Assembly (NCBI GenBank): GCA_963755715.1 | Contig: CAVWLW010000057.1 | Location: forward strand, 63,832 to 127,831 | From: an uncultured delta proteobacterium | GTDB taxonomy: Bacteria > Desulfobacterota > Binatia > UBA9968 | Reading direction: 5' to 3' | DNA length: 64,000 nt | In this document: positions 1-9,938 of the stretch, piece after piece | How the letters are laid out: each line of letters opens with the position of its first letter | How positions within the stretch are numbered: position 1 is the first letter of the stretch | Notes under the pieces: model-generated | What the model saw: the letters and a program-made list of their open reading frames with translations, nothing else | The model's database searches: none | What the model was told of the DNA's origin: nothing | Program-made: the position numbers and the translations under genes

Positions 1-597
1 TTGGCCGGCAAGAAGATCGCCGCCAGCGGCTTTGGCAATCTCACTTCCTACGAGATTCAGTTTTTGATCGACCGCTACCGTCTTGGTCCCAAGACAACGA
101 TCGTCTCGGTCATAAGCTCGACCGATCGGCTGATCGCGATGCATAAAGGAATCGCCGACGCGGCGATCATTTCCGCTCCCCTCGATTTGAAAGGCGAAGA
201 GATGGGTTTGAAGCGGCTGTTGCATATGGGAACGATCTTGCAGATTCCCCAAGCGGGTCTCGCTACCACTGAGGAAAAAATCAAAACGAAACGCAGCGAA
301 GTGCTGGACGTCCTGAAAGCCAGCATCGAAGGGCTCGAATACACACTGTCTGAACGCGAAGAGAATAGCGAGATCATCAGCAAATGGATGGCACTCAACC
401 CCAGCCAAGGCGTAAGAGCCTATGATTCCGTGAAGGACACCTTCTCGCGCAACGGTATTCCCACCGACGAGCAAAGCAAAGCCTACATCGCGATGCTTGC
501 CGCGACTGCAGGCGTGAGCGCGGAGCTGAAACCCGAATCGATTTTCGATTTTTCACTCGCTGCCGCAGCGGCCAAAGATCTGGCGCGAAAAAAATAA
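1..597 (+). CDS. ABC transporter substrate-binding protein, NMT1/THI5/SsuA-like (5'-truncated by window edge)
   Basis: C-terminal half with GKKIA, 'RLIAMHKGIADAAIISAP' and terminal 'IFDFSLA' typical of this family. Confidence 0.8.
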   Translation: MAGKKIAASGFGNLTSYEIQFLIDRYRLGPKTTIVSVISSTDRLIAMHKGIADAAIISAPLDLKGEEMGLKRLLHMGTILQIPQAGLATTEEKIKTKRSEVLDVLKASIEGLEYTLSEREENSEIISKWMALNPSQGVRAYDSVKDTFSRNGIPTDEQSKAYIAMLAATAGVSAELKPESIFDFSLAAAAAKDLARKK

Positions 598-654
598 CGA
601 CCTCGTCGAGCCAAGTCTGTCTTTACCTTAAGAATTGCCTCGGGCAATGATAGA

Positions 655-2019
655 ATGAGGCACGACAGCGTGTCGCGCCACCAGCCGCGAACAAATCCCG
701 GATCATTGAACTTGACGACGGAGATCGACTTGCCCAAAGCCTTCGGACTAGACTTCGGCACGACCAATAGCGCCCTCGCCCACGCTGCACCGGACGGAAC
801 TGTTCGGCTGGCACAGTTCAGCGGCGACGCGACGTTTCGCTCGGTGATTTATTTCGATGAGGACGAAGCTCCCGCATCGCGCAAGTACCGTGTGGTCGCC
901 GGACCGGACGCGATCCAGAGTTACCTCAATGCCAAAACACCGGGTCGACTCATCCAATCGACCAAGTCGTATCTCGCTAGCCGCCTCTTTACCCAGACAC
1001 AAATTTTCGGCGAAACCTACTCGCTCGAAGAGCTGATCGGCATATTCTTGCGCTATCTACGAAAGTCCGCTGAAGCGCAGTTCGGCGATTTAGGAACCAC
1101 GCTCGTCGCCGGCCGCCCAGTGCATTTCAGCGGCACTCAAGACGACGGCGACGACGAGTTCGCTGTCGCTCGACTGCGCAACGCCTTTGCCAATGCCGGT
1201 TTCACCGACGTGCAATTTTTACCCGAGCCTGTGGCCGCAGCTTATAAGTATCAGCGTCAGCTTGACCACGAGGAGTTGGTGCTCATTGCCGATTTTGGCG
1301 GCGGCACCAGTGATTTCTCGCTGGTGCAATTGAAACCCGGTGCATTGAGTGCAAGAGAAAGAGCAAACCAAGTCCTCGGCACCGACGGCGTCGGCATTGC
1401 CGGTGACGCCTTCGATAGCAAGCTGGTGCGCCGCCTCGTCGCGCCGATGCTCGGCTTGGGGTCAGAATACAAATCTCAGTTTGGGAATATCTTGCCAGTA
1501 CCGAACTGGCTCTATGAGCACCTGGAACGCTGGCATTACTTATCTTTTTTAAAGACCCGGAAGAACCTGGATCTGCTGCGCCAAATCCTCTTTCAAGCCC
1601 TGGAGCCAAAAAAAATCGCCGCCCTGATCGAACTGGTCGACAACGATCTTGGCTATCGACTTTATCAAGCCGTCGAAAAAACCAAATGCCGGCTCTCGGA
1701 CAGTACAGTCAGCGAATTCCGTTTTCGCGAAGCCGCGATTGCGATCAACGACAGCGTGCGCCGTGAGGAGTTCGAGGGTTGGATCGATCGAGAGCTGCGA
1801 CAAATCAGCGACTGCGTCGATCGCCTACTTGCGCACTGTCAGGTCACGGCGAAAAACGTCGACGCGGTGTTCATGACCGGCGGCTCATCCTTTGTCCCGG
1901 CGATCAGAAGAATTTTTGAGGATAAATTCGGCGCCAAAGTCCCGATACGGGTCGGCCAGGAGTTTACTTCGGTCGCCGAAGGGCTGGCGATCTATGCTTT
2001 GGAGTTGCTGGAAGGATAG
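655..2019 (+). CDS. Hsp70-family protein, YegD-like (true start probably a TTG near 712-730)
   Basis: GLDFGTTNS, EPVAAA, DFGGGTSDFS and TGGSS motifs; lacks the DnaK substrate-binding domain. Confidence 0.9.
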   Translation: MRHDSVSRHQPRTNPGSLNLTTEIDLPKAFGLDFGTTNSALAHAAPDGTVRLAQFSGDATFRSVIYFDEDEAPASRKYRVVAGPDAIQSYLNAKTPGRLIQSTKSYLASRLFTQTQIFGETYSLEELIGIFLRYLRKSAEAQFGDLGTTLVAGRPVHFSGTQDDGDDEFAVARLRNAFANAGFTDVQFLPEPVAAAYKYQRQLDHEELVLIADFGGGTSDFSLVQLKPGALSARERANQVLGTDGVGIAGDAFDSKLVRRLVAPMLGLGSEYKSQFGNILPVPNWLYEHLERWHYLSFLKTRKNLDLLRQILFQALEPKKIAALIELVDNDLGYRLYQAVEKTKCRLSDSTVSEFRFREAAIAINDSVRREEFEGWIDRELRQISDCVDRLLAHCQVTAKNVDAVFMTGGSSFVPAIRRIFEDKFGAKVPIRVGQEFTSVAEGLAIYALELLEG

Positions 2020-2071
2020 GTCAGGAGCGATAAAATGATAAATTCACCGTTGTCAGATCCGATTTACCTTT

Positions 2072-2350
2072 TTAATACTCTGACGGATCATTCGTCGGTT
2101 TCACGGCCTTTTTTGTTTCCTCGCTGACAGCTTTCGCCGCATCACGAGTCCCCTCGCCGATCCCTCTCACAACATCTCGTGTACCGTGACCGATCTCTCT
2201 CGTAACGTCCCGAGCACCATGACCGATTTCTTTGGTCACATCACGAGTCGTGTGGCCGATCGTTCGACCGGCTTCTTTAACCGGAGCGCAACCCCATAGG
2301 ATGCAGCCGACCAGCATCAAAAAAACAATTTTTAGTGAAGGATTGAACAT
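2072..2350 (-). CDS. Small lipoprotein with four 11-aa tandem repeats
   Basis: Signal peptide with lipobox LWGC; IGHTTRDVTKE-type repeats; GGAGG upstream of ATG. Confidence 0.8.
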   Translation of the reverse strand: MFNPSLKIVFLMLVGCILWGCAPVKEAGRTIGHTTRDVTKEIGHGARDVTREIGHGTRDVVRGIGEGTRDAAKAVSEETKKAVKPTNDPSEY

Positions 2351-2448
2351 TATCCCTCCAATGTGTCGCCACCGGATTCGTGGACGTTAGTATACCACGA
2401 TGAAAATCCTTAATCCCGCTTAACTGTCCGTTTCGGAGTAAACGACCT

Positions 2449-2515
2449 TCGGCTCTAAGCCGAGGGGTTCTGAATTGGTCGACTAGAAGTCAACGGTTGT
2501 TCCTGTCATTCCGGC
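2449..2515. repeat. Dispersed palindromic (REP-like) repeat, copy 1
   Basis: tcggctctaagccgaggggttctgaattggtcgactagaa...tcattccggc aligns with 58341..58402. Confidence 0.75.
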
Positions 2516-2699
2516 GTAATCCAGGCTCTTTCATGCCTGATTCAATTCAAAACGACCTGGTTGCCCTAAATTCACAGATCAACTGCAACACTTGTTGTAC
2601 AAGGCGTTGAACGGGACGGCAGGATGGGCAGCTTACATTTGGAACAACGTTGCACGATTGCCCGGCATAGCCAAGCCGGGAAACAACCAATGTACACCT

Positions 2700-3485
2700 T
2701 CAATACAACTCACCTTCACTCTTGCGTTCCTCGCGAGGACGCCAGCGGAGGAGATACGACTCCGCGCGATTGATCACTTCGTTACAGATGACAACCACCA
2801 TCGCGAGAACGAGAATCCCGCCGAGCGCGCCGGTAGTCGAAAACAGCGACGTATTGTAATTGATCAAATATCCCAAACCTTTGCTGGCGGCGATGAACTC
2901 CCCAACGACCGCGGCCACGATCGCGTAAGGCAGACTGATCTTCAGCCCCGTAGTAATCCACGGCACGATTGCCGGCAGCGTGATTTTCATCAGGATCTGC
3001 CGTTCTGTCGCGCCCATGATACGTAGAATATTTTTGAGCTCCTCGTCGACGCCTTTCACGCCGGCATAAGTATTGAAGAACGTCAGAAAGAACACCACGC
3101 TCACAACCAGAATGACCTTTGAAGTCGGCCCGATACCGAACCAGATGATAAACAACGGCGCCAGAGCGATGCGCGGTATCCCGTTGAACGCGACGACGTA
3201 GGGATCGAGAATTTGTGCGAGTGTTTCACGACGACCGAGGGCGAAACCGACACCGATGCCGAAAATAGCCCCGATGAAAAATCCGGTGAAGGTCTCGTAG
3301 AGAGTTATCGCCAGGTGGCCAAAGATGGATCCATCGGCAATCACGCCGTAGAGATACACGAAAACGAGTGACGGACTCGATACCCAGAAAGGATCGATCA
3401 ATCTTCCGGAGCTTAGCTCCCAAAAACTCAGTAGGAGTAAACCAAAGATCAGTCGATAGAGAAACAGGCGCGTGCGGCTGATCAT
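2700..3485 (-). CDS. ABC transporter permease (NitT/TauT family)
   Basis: Hydrophobic; 'IPRIALAPLFIIWFGIG' and 'VVGEFIAASKGLG'. Confidence 0.93.
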   Translation of the reverse strand: MISRTRLFLYRLIFGLLLLSFWELSSGRLIDPFWVSSPSLVFVYLYGVIADGSIFGHLAITLYETFTGFFIGAIFGIGVGFALGRRETLAQILDPYVVAFNGIPRIALAPLFIIWFGIGPTSKVILVVSVVFFLTFFNTYAGVKGVDEELKNILRIMGATERQILMKITLPAIVPWITTGLKISLPYAIVAAVVGEFIAASKGLGYLINYNTSLFSTTGALGGILVLAMVVVICNEVINRAESYLLRWRPREERKSEGELY

Positions 3486-4495
3486 TTCATCAGAAAGTCG
3501 TTGGTGACGATTTCGGAAAACACGACGCGCTTTTTTAATATCCCCGCCTGTTCGAGAATATCTTGCGTGATCTGCACGCTGCGTTCACTGGTCCGCCCGT
3601 CTTTACTGAGCGCCGGTCGAACAGCCTGGACTCCGGCCAGAAGAAGATCCGGTTGAATCGTGGTCATCGACGGTTTAAGTGCCTCGGCCACCTGTTCCGG
3701 CGTGCTTTGCAGCGCCCATTGGTTCGCCTTAGTTAAGGCACGCACCATTCGGCGAATCGTATCTCCATCCTTGGCAACGGTCTCGGGACGCGCAATGAGA
3801 TTTTCCATAAGGAACTCGGGAATCGACGGGTCTTCACCCTTGGCGTTATTGATCAGCAGAATCGCGAAACCGCGGCTGATTGCGGTATCCGGCACGGGTG
3901 GCGCCGTCAAGGCGACATCGACCTTGCGATTTTCCAGGGCGGCAAGCCAGGTCGGCCCCGAACCCACCGGAACAATGTTGACGTCCTGTTGGGGGTTGTA
4001 ACCTGCTTTGCGAATCACGAACGCCGCGAGGTGCGCTGTCAGCGCGCCGGGATTCGTCACGCCGATGGTCAACCCCTTGAGCGCTTTGATTTTGTCGGCG
4101 AGCGGCATGGATTCGGTAACGCCTTTGGATTTTGCTACATCTTTATGCATCGCCCAGTTGATAAACAATTTATTCAAGCCGCTCATCACCATGATCAATT
4201 TCTTGCCTTCCTGCTGGGCAAGAACAACGTTATCACCGGTGGTAAAACTGAAGTCGACATCGCCCGCGATCAGCGCGCGAATGTCAGGTCCGCCACCGTT
4301 TGTCGACGTGACGTCCACCTCCAATTTTTCATCCGCGAAGAAGCCCTTATTCTGTGCCAGAAACACCGGGGTCATCGAGTGTGCGATCACCGGGATCGTG
4401 ATCTTAACCTTTTTTGGAGCTTGCGCTTGCAACGGCAAAGACGAGAATTCCAGATAGAATAAGGCACTGGCCAAAATAATCATGAATCGTTTCAT
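3482..4495 (-). CDS. ABC transporter substrate-binding protein (NitT/TauT, NMT1-like)
   Basis: Signal peptide from MKRFMII; 'KGFFADEKLEV'; overlaps both neighbours by 4 nt. Confidence 0.9.
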   Translation of the reverse strand: MKRFMIILASALFYLEFSSLPLQAQAPKKVKITIPVIAHSMTPVFLAQNKGFFADEKLEVDVTSTNGGGPDIRALIAGDVDFSFTTGDNVVLAQQEGKKLIMVMSGLNKLFINWAMHKDVAKSKGVTESMPLADKIKALKGLTIGVTNPGALTAHLAAFVIRKAGYNPQQDVNIVPVGSGPTWLAALENRKVDVALTAPPVPDTAISRGFAILLINNAKGEDPSIPEFLMENLIARPETVAKDGDTIRRMVRALTKANQWALQSTPEQVAEALKPSMTTIQPDLLLAGVQAVRPALSKDGRTSERSVQITQDILEQAGILKKRVVFSEIVTNDFLMK

Positions 4496-5286
4496 ATCAA
4501 TTCCCCTTTCGCCGATTCGCTTAAAGTGACTTCGGGACGGAGCTGCTGCCACAATCTTTCATAGGCCGAACGAAACTGTGCGTCTTCGTGAATCTTGAAT
4601 ACATCCCGCGGCCGCGGGATAGCGATCTCCTCGATGGACTTGATCCGGCCGGGCCGCGCGCTCATCAGCACGACGCGGTCCGCCAGCGTGATCGCCTCGA
4701 TGAGATCATGGGTGATGAATACGATCGTCTTTTTCGACGCGTACCAAAGTTTCAAGAGCTGATCCTGCAAAACGATTCTGGTTTGCGCATCCAGAGGGCC
4801 GAAGGGCTCGTCCATCAAGATCAGCTCGGGGTCGTAAATAAGCGTGCGAATGATATTGGCGCGCTGGCGCATGCCACCCGACAACTCATGCGGATAATGG
4901 TCTTCGAAGCCGCTCAAGCCGACTTGATCGATCAAGTCCTGCGCTTGGGTGCGCCGCGCGCTCTTCTCAATGGCCCTAATCTCCAACGCGATCTCGACGT
5001 TTTCGATCAGGGTGCGCCAAGGCAGCAGGTTATCCTTCTGCGTCACGTAGCCAATTTTTGTAGTGATACCTTCGATGGGCGCGCCGCGAAATACGATACG
5101 CCCCATGCTCGATCGCATCAGGCCGACGATCAAATTGAGCAATGTCGACTTGCCGCAACCGGATGGGCCGACAACGGTGACGAATTCGCCCTCGGCGATC
5201 GTCAGATCCACCGAGTCGAGAGCTAAAACTTTTTTGCCTCGAACTTGATACTCCTTGCGAACGTTTTCGATGGAGAGCAGTGCCAC
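4492..5286 (-). CDS. ABC transporter ATP-binding protein (NitT/TauT)
   Basis: GPSGCGKST, LSGGMRQR, LMDEPF motifs. Confidence 0.95.
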   Translation of the reverse strand: MALLSIENVRKEYQVRGKKVLALDSVDLTIAEGEFVTVVGPSGCGKSTLLNLIVGLMRSSMGRIVFRGAPIEGITTKIGYVTQKDNLLPWRTLIENVEIALEIRAIEKSARRTQAQDLIDQVGLSGFEDHYPHELSGGMRQRANIIRTLIYDPELILMDEPFGPLDAQTRIVLQDQLLKLWYASKKTIVFITHDLIEAITLADRVVLMSARPGRIKSIEEIAIPRPRDVFKIHEDAQFRSAYERLWQQLRPEVTLSESAKGELI

Positions 5287-5294
5287 TGCGGCTC

Positions 5295-6290
5295 CTAAGG
5301 AGTGATCTGCGCGATCGACGCGCCAATGCCGTCCAAGGCGGACTTGCCGTTCGCATCCATGTTGTCACGGCGCGGCGTATCGTAGTTCGCGATATATGCG
5401 GTATCGCCGATGAAGACGATGGCGGCGGGAAATTCCAGCGGACCGCTGCTGCCGTTTTTGGCGATCTCCTGCACCTGGCCGTCCGGCGTAACGGTGACTA
5501 CGGCATTGCGCTCATTCGCCGCGACCCAGAGCTTGCCGGTGCGATCAAAGTCAAGGCCATCGGCGCCTTCGAGCAACGGACTTTGCGCCAATAGAGAAGG
5601 CTTCCCGCCTTTGCCGTCGGGGCCGATCACCACCGTCCAAATCGCGCCCCGCGAAGTATCGGCAATGTGCAGTAGGCCCTTCGCGTCAAATGCCAACCCG
5701 TTGGCAACGGTCGCCTGCTGTGTCTTGCCGTCGGGAAGTGTGCGCGTGTGCTTTTCTATTTGAACCGCCGGTTGGGCGGCACCGCCACTCGCGCCGACTC
5801 GGTAGACGATTCCGCTGGCGCCGCCTGAGATGAAAAGGTTTCCTTGGCGGTCAAACGCGATTCCGTTAGCGCCGGCTGTCCCTGTCGCAAATGTTTGCGC
5901 CACCCCCGGCTTCGCTGGATTTAGATCAGATCCCCTGACACGCACGACTTCGCCGAAGGGGCCCACGGCTACAAAAAGATCGCCCTGCTGATTGAAAGCG
6001 ATTCCTGCGCCGTCGGCATTGACCTTTTTTCCCGTGATCTCACGCGCTTCGATCCGCCCCACCACAACGGGCTTCGGAACTTTCGGATCGACGCGAAGAA
6101 TATTGCCCGTGACCCGATCAGGTAAGTAGAGCCTGCCGTCTTTGTCCGCTGTGATACTTTCCACGATTACGGTGCGGTCGGCGCTGGCGGGATCGAGGTC
6201 GACTAGGATCGAAACCGCCGGGCTCCGACTTTGGACGGTTGCGCAGGCGCCGAGAAAAAGCGTCAGAACGGCAATCGAAATCAATTGCAT
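5295..6290 (-). CDS. SMP-30/gluconolactonase-family beta-propeller lipoprotein
   Basis: Lipobox LGAC; repeated 'ANGIAFD/ANGLAFD/ADGLDFD' blades. Confidence 0.85.
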   Translation of the reverse strand: MQLISIAVLTLFLGACATVQSRSPAVSILVDLDPASADRTVIVESITADKDGRLYLPDRVTGNILRVDPKVPKPVVVGRIEAREITGKKVNADGAGIAFNQQGDLFVAVGPFGEVVRVRGSDLNPAKPGVAQTFATGTAGANGIAFDRQGNLFISGGASGIVYRVGASGGAAQPAVQIEKHTRTLPDGKTQQATVANGLAFDAKGLLHIADTSRGAIWTVVIGPDGKGGKPSLLAQSPLLEGADGLDFDRTGKLWVAANERNAVVTVTPDGQVQEIAKNGSSGPLEFPAAIVFIGDTAYIANYDTPRRDNMDANGKSALDGIGASIAQITP

Positions 6291-6374
6291 ATCGACCTCT
6301 CCCCTTACGAGCTATCGAACGATTAAGGAGTCATTCCTCTTGATTACAGGACCGGATGCATTATCGCGTTAGGG

Positions 6375-7355
6375 TCAAAGATTCAAGGCTTGCGCCGCGT
6401 TGCCACCGAGGATTTTTTGCCGTTCGCCATCGGCAAGATCGAGCTGCATTACCTTGTTCACCGTATCAAAATCACCCATCCCCATCGGATAGTCCGTGCC
6501 GATGACGACCCGATCCGCGCCGACGACTTGAACTAAATACTGCAGCGCCGAAAGCGAATGAACAATGGCGTCAAAATAAAGTTTCCTAAGATACTCGGAA
6601 GGTTTTTGCGGCAGGGTCTTTCTCAAGTCCGGACGCAATCCGTACGAATGATCTAGACGCCAGATGTTGAACGCAACCAATCCGCCGCCATGAGAAAGGC
6701 ACAGGCGGAGGTTCGGATATTTCTCGAACATACCTTTCAATATCATGCGCTCGATCATCAGGGTGGTGCGAAAAGTAAATTGCAAAACGTTGCCGAGGAT
6801 CGGCGCCAGCGGATCGTCGCGATCCAGCCCGCCTTCGAGAGGATGAACAAACAACAGCAATTCCAACTTCTGCGCCGCTTCAAAAAACGGCTCGAAGATC
6901 GGATCATCCAAAGGCTTGTCGCCCACGGCATTGCCGATCTCCAACCCTTTCAAGCCCATGCTCTTCGCCTCTTCTGCGATGGCGATGGAATCAATCACGC
7001 TTTGCAGCGGCACGCTGCCGAAACCGACGAAGCGATCCGGATGCGTTTGCACGACCGCTTGAATCGCCGCGTTTTGCTTGCGCGAAAAGTGGGCGGCCAC
7101 AGCCGGCTCCTCCCAGTAAAAAAGCAAAATCGGCGACGGCGAAATCGCCTGCATGTCAATTCGCATCTCGTCCAGCGCCTTGATCCGCGCCCCAGGATCG
7201 TACGCCCCGGCACCAAGGCCGGAACGAAATCCGATCTGCGACGTGACCGACAGCTTGCCCTTGTCCAGCACAAGCTTGGGCGCGTGCCTCTCGTACTTGC
7301 CGGGGTTCTGCAACGCTTCCACAGGAAAGAAATGAGAGTGTAGATCGATGTTCAT
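6375..7355 (-). CDS. Amidohydrolase_2 family protein (ACMSD-like decarboxylase/hydrolase)
   Basis: IDLHSH, FVHP, SHGGG and GTDYP motifs. Confidence 0.88.
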   Translation of the reverse strand: MNIDLHSHFFPVEALQNPGKYERHAPKLVLDKGKLSVTSQIGFRSGLGAGAYDPGARIKALDEMRIDMQAISPSPILLFYWEEPAVAAHFSRKQNAAIQAVVQTHPDRFVGFGSVPLQSVIDSIAIAEEAKSMGLKGLEIGNAVGDKPLDDPIFEPFFEAAQKLELLLFVHPLEGGLDRDDPLAPILGNVLQFTFRTTLMIERMILKGMFEKYPNLRLCLSHGGGLVAFNIWRLDHSYGLRPDLRKTLPQKPSEYLRKLYFDAIVHSLSALQYLVQVVGADRVVIGTDYPMGMGDFDTVNKVMQLDLADGERQKILGGNAAQALNL

Positions 7356-7440
7356 GGCGTACTGTTGCCTTTGAATGCTCTCTGCTGGCCCGTCCTTTCA
7401 CATACTCTATACACTAAGGCGTGATTTTCACACTAGCGAT

Positions 7441-7686
7441 TTTCAGAGCCGCCGTCGGCGCGTGATCCGGACCATCGGTGCTCCGATCGAGGTCTCGGAT
7501 TTGGTCGTGACTTTCAGTAACGATTAAAAGTTTAATCCGAAATTGCGTAACCGCTTTCCCGAAGCATCGGGTAATCGGGTGTTCGACCTGCCAGGCGAGC
7601 ACCGAATGATCAAGCCAATCGATTTTGATTATCTCAGCATCGACCGATGCGAGGGACGAGGCAAGGTCGAAATCTACGCCGGCTAA
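7441..7686 (+). pseudogene. Degraded fragment of a DUF2541-like beta-sandwich protein
   Basis: Frame reads ..GAPIEVSDLVVTFSND*KFNPKLRNRF..RVFDLPGEHRMIKPIDFDY..GKVEIYAG*, with in-frame TAA at 7525-7527 and no start. Confidence 0.55.
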
Positions 7687-7737
7687 GATTTCTGATCGTG
7701 GTGCGGCCGGAATCTCCACTTCGATAGTAGAACCACA

Positions 7738-8850
7738 CTATTTCTGTTTCGCCTTGGCCAAAACCTCGTCGACGAGTTTCTGCAACGGCTTTATGTCTTC
7801 GTATTGGGGTAAGCTCGACAAGAGATATTTGCCGCCTTCTTTCGGCACCTGCTCGTCTTTGTAACGAATCATATCTTTCGGGATGTCGGTTCGAAATGAA
7901 TTTCGGCCGGTCAATTTCTGCCAAGCCAATTGCCCGTCGCGGGATAGAAACCAGTTGAGGTAGACTTTGGTCGCGTTCGGATGGGGCGCATTCTTGAAAG
8001 CAATGATGTGCCCCGAGCCTGAGCTGATCGTATCGCCCTCTTTTTCGCTGAAAATTTGCCTTACCGGCAAGCCCTGACTACGGGCGTTTTCCGTGTTCTC
8101 GAATTTTGCCAGAACGTGCATGTAATACTTTCCGGCGCCGAGCCAATCCATCATTTGATGTTCATTGCCGCCGAAAACCACTTGCGCCTCGGTGAGCAAA
8201 CGGGTGATAAACTTTGGACCGAGATCAGGGCTGTAATAGATAAACCGCCAATTGCCGATGTTGCCCGCAGAGTCGGGGTCCGTCATGACGAACTTGCCTC
8301 GATACTTGGACGCGAGCAGATCCCACCACGAGTCGATTTCACCGGCCTTGATAAAGTTCGTGTTGATGGCTCCGATACCCGATCCCGCGTCCCCTTGCGC
8401 CATGAAGACATGCTGCCTTTCGGGATCCGAATAAAGGTGCTTCTTCGACCACCATTTCGTCTGATCCACGACTTCAGGGAGAATCAGTTGCGGCGGCAGC
8501 GCCTGCAGAAGGCCGGCCTTATGATAGACCAGCACCATCGTTCCGCCGCCGCCGATGCTCAGGTCGACGAGATGCTTGTCCGCCCTTTTCTCGGCCATAA
8601 TCTTTTTCGCCAAGTCGCTTCCCGATCCGCCGATGAAATTGATCTTGATCTTGGGATAGGCATCTTTGAACGCAAGAATCGCCTTACCGACCCCCGCGCG
8701 CGATTGCCCATAGATCGTCACCTCCCCTTCCTTTTCGGCCGCGGCGACGGTCTTATCCCAGTCCTGTTTCCAATCACCGCGCACGCGATCCACCACGATC
8801 AAGTTGAGCAGGAACACAGCTAATAGGCTTACCCCGAGTGAATTCTTCAC
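7738..8850 (-). CDS. Extracellular solute-binding protein (Fe3+/polyamine-type fold), orphan
   Basis: Signal peptide; 'AAEKEGEVTIY' and 'APHPNATKVYLNWFLSRDGQ'. Confidence 0.87.
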   Translation of the reverse strand: MKNSLGVSLLAVFLLNLIVVDRVRGDWKQDWDKTVAAAEKEGEVTIYGQSRAGVGKAILAFKDAYPKIKINFIGGSGSDLAKKIMAEKRADKHLVDLSIGGGGTMVLVYHKAGLLQALPPQLILPEVVDQTKWWSKKHLYSDPERQHVFMAQGDAGSGIGAINTNFIKAGEIDSWWDLLASKYRGKFVMTDPDSAGNIGNWRFIYYSPDLGPKFITRLLTEAQVVFGGNEHQMMDWLGAGKYYMHVLAKFENTENARSQGLPVRQIFSEKEGDTISSGSGHIIAFKNAPHPNATKVYLNWFLSRDGQLAWQKLTGRNSFRTDIPKDMIRYKDEQVPKEGGKYLLSSLPQYEDIKPLQKLVDEVLAKAKQK

Positions 8851-9082
8851 ATGACACCTAACCTTTTCAAAGGGTCACTTATCTCAATCCAGCCAAGGTC
8901 GCCTCGCGCTATACGCGACACTCATAGCCAGACCAGTATCTTTAGCCGTTATTGGTAATCAAGAGAAGTGGCTAAGGTTTGGGCACGCTGGAAAGAAAAA
9001 TTTCCTGGAAACAACGAACTGATCACTGGCAGCGCGCTCTGCTAAAAATGAATGAGGGGATTTGCCGGCGGCGTGAAGGACA

Positions 9083-9119
9083 AAAATCCAGCCGCTCAGC
9101 ATGGAAGCGGCCGGATTTT
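9083..9119. terminator. Probable intrinsic terminator hairpin downstream of the hemerythrin/DUF6496 pair
   Basis: aaaatcc-a-gccgct...agcggc-c-ggatttt imperfect inverted repeat with A/T tails. Confidence 0.55.
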
Positions 9120-9198
9120 CGCACACGCGATAATGATGAACAAATAGAACCGACCTTCAGTTGACCGGTTTACACTCTTCGCTGGGTCTCGTCGAGCC

Positions 9199-9387
9199 TT
9201 ATTTCTTTTTCGATTTCTTGCGCGGCACCTTTGCGCCGGCGCGGCGCGCTTCCGAGAGACCGATCGCAATCGCTTGCTTGCGACTCTTTACCTTTTTTCC
9301 TGATCGCCCGCTTTTCAGCGTGCCTCTTTTGCGTTCGTGCATTGCCCGCTTAACTTTTTGCGCCGCTTTTTTACCGTATCTCGCCAT
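9199..9387 (-). CDS. Small basic protein, DUF6496 family
   Basis: 'MHERKRGTLKSGRSGKKVKSRKQAIAIGLSEARRAG'; AAGGAG upstream. Confidence 0.85.
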   Translation of the reverse strand: MARYGKKAAQKVKRAMHERKRGTLKSGRSGKKVKSRKQAIAIGLSEARRAGAKVPRKKSKKK

Positions 9388-9452
9388 AATGCGCTCCTTT
9401 AGAATACTTGTGAGAATATTGAGCACGTCCAAAGGTAAGACCGTCGGCACCG

Positions 9453-9899
9453 TTAGCTCGCCTTACGCATTCGTTTGTGTTTGGCTTCCTCGATTTGTTC
9501 GCCCAACTGCTCTAGCTCCGCGCTGTCGATCAGCCTGCGAATCTTGGGAAACATTTTCCCTTCCTCTTCCTCCTCCGCGTGGTGCTCGACATCGTCTTTC
9601 AGTACTTTGAATTTCGGCTTAAACCGCTCGCTGCTGGGCGAGAGCCGGGACATCTCACGGAGCACCGTTTTAACTTGCTTGTGCTCCTCCAAAGATTCGA
9701 GCACCATGTCCTTCAACTCTTCGTATTCTTCGATCGCTGGATAAAAAATCGTCTCCTCGAGCCGGGTATGTGTTTCGAGCTCGGTCTTGATCTCTTTAAA
9801 AATCTGTTTCTGCTGCTTTTTGTCTTTGGCTGCTTGACATTGTTCGAACAGTTGCTTGACCTTTTGATGATCCTGTTTAAGAAGCTCCAATGCGTCCAT
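9453..9899 (-). CDS. Hemerythrin (HHE) domain protein
   Basis: 'DALELLKQDH', 'HTRLEETIFYP', 'EEH', 'HHAEEEE..MFP'. Confidence 0.9.
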   Translation of the reverse strand: MDALELLKQDHQKVKQLFEQCQAAKDKKQQKQIFKEIKTELETHTRLEETIFYPAIEEYEELKDMVLESLEEHKQVKTVLREMSRLSPSSERFKPKFKVLKDDVEHHAEEEEEGKMFPKIRRLIDSAELEQLGEQIEEAKHKRMRKAS

Positions 9900-9938
9900 T
9901 TTTAATACTTCCGTGAATGACCCTGATACTCAAAAGTG

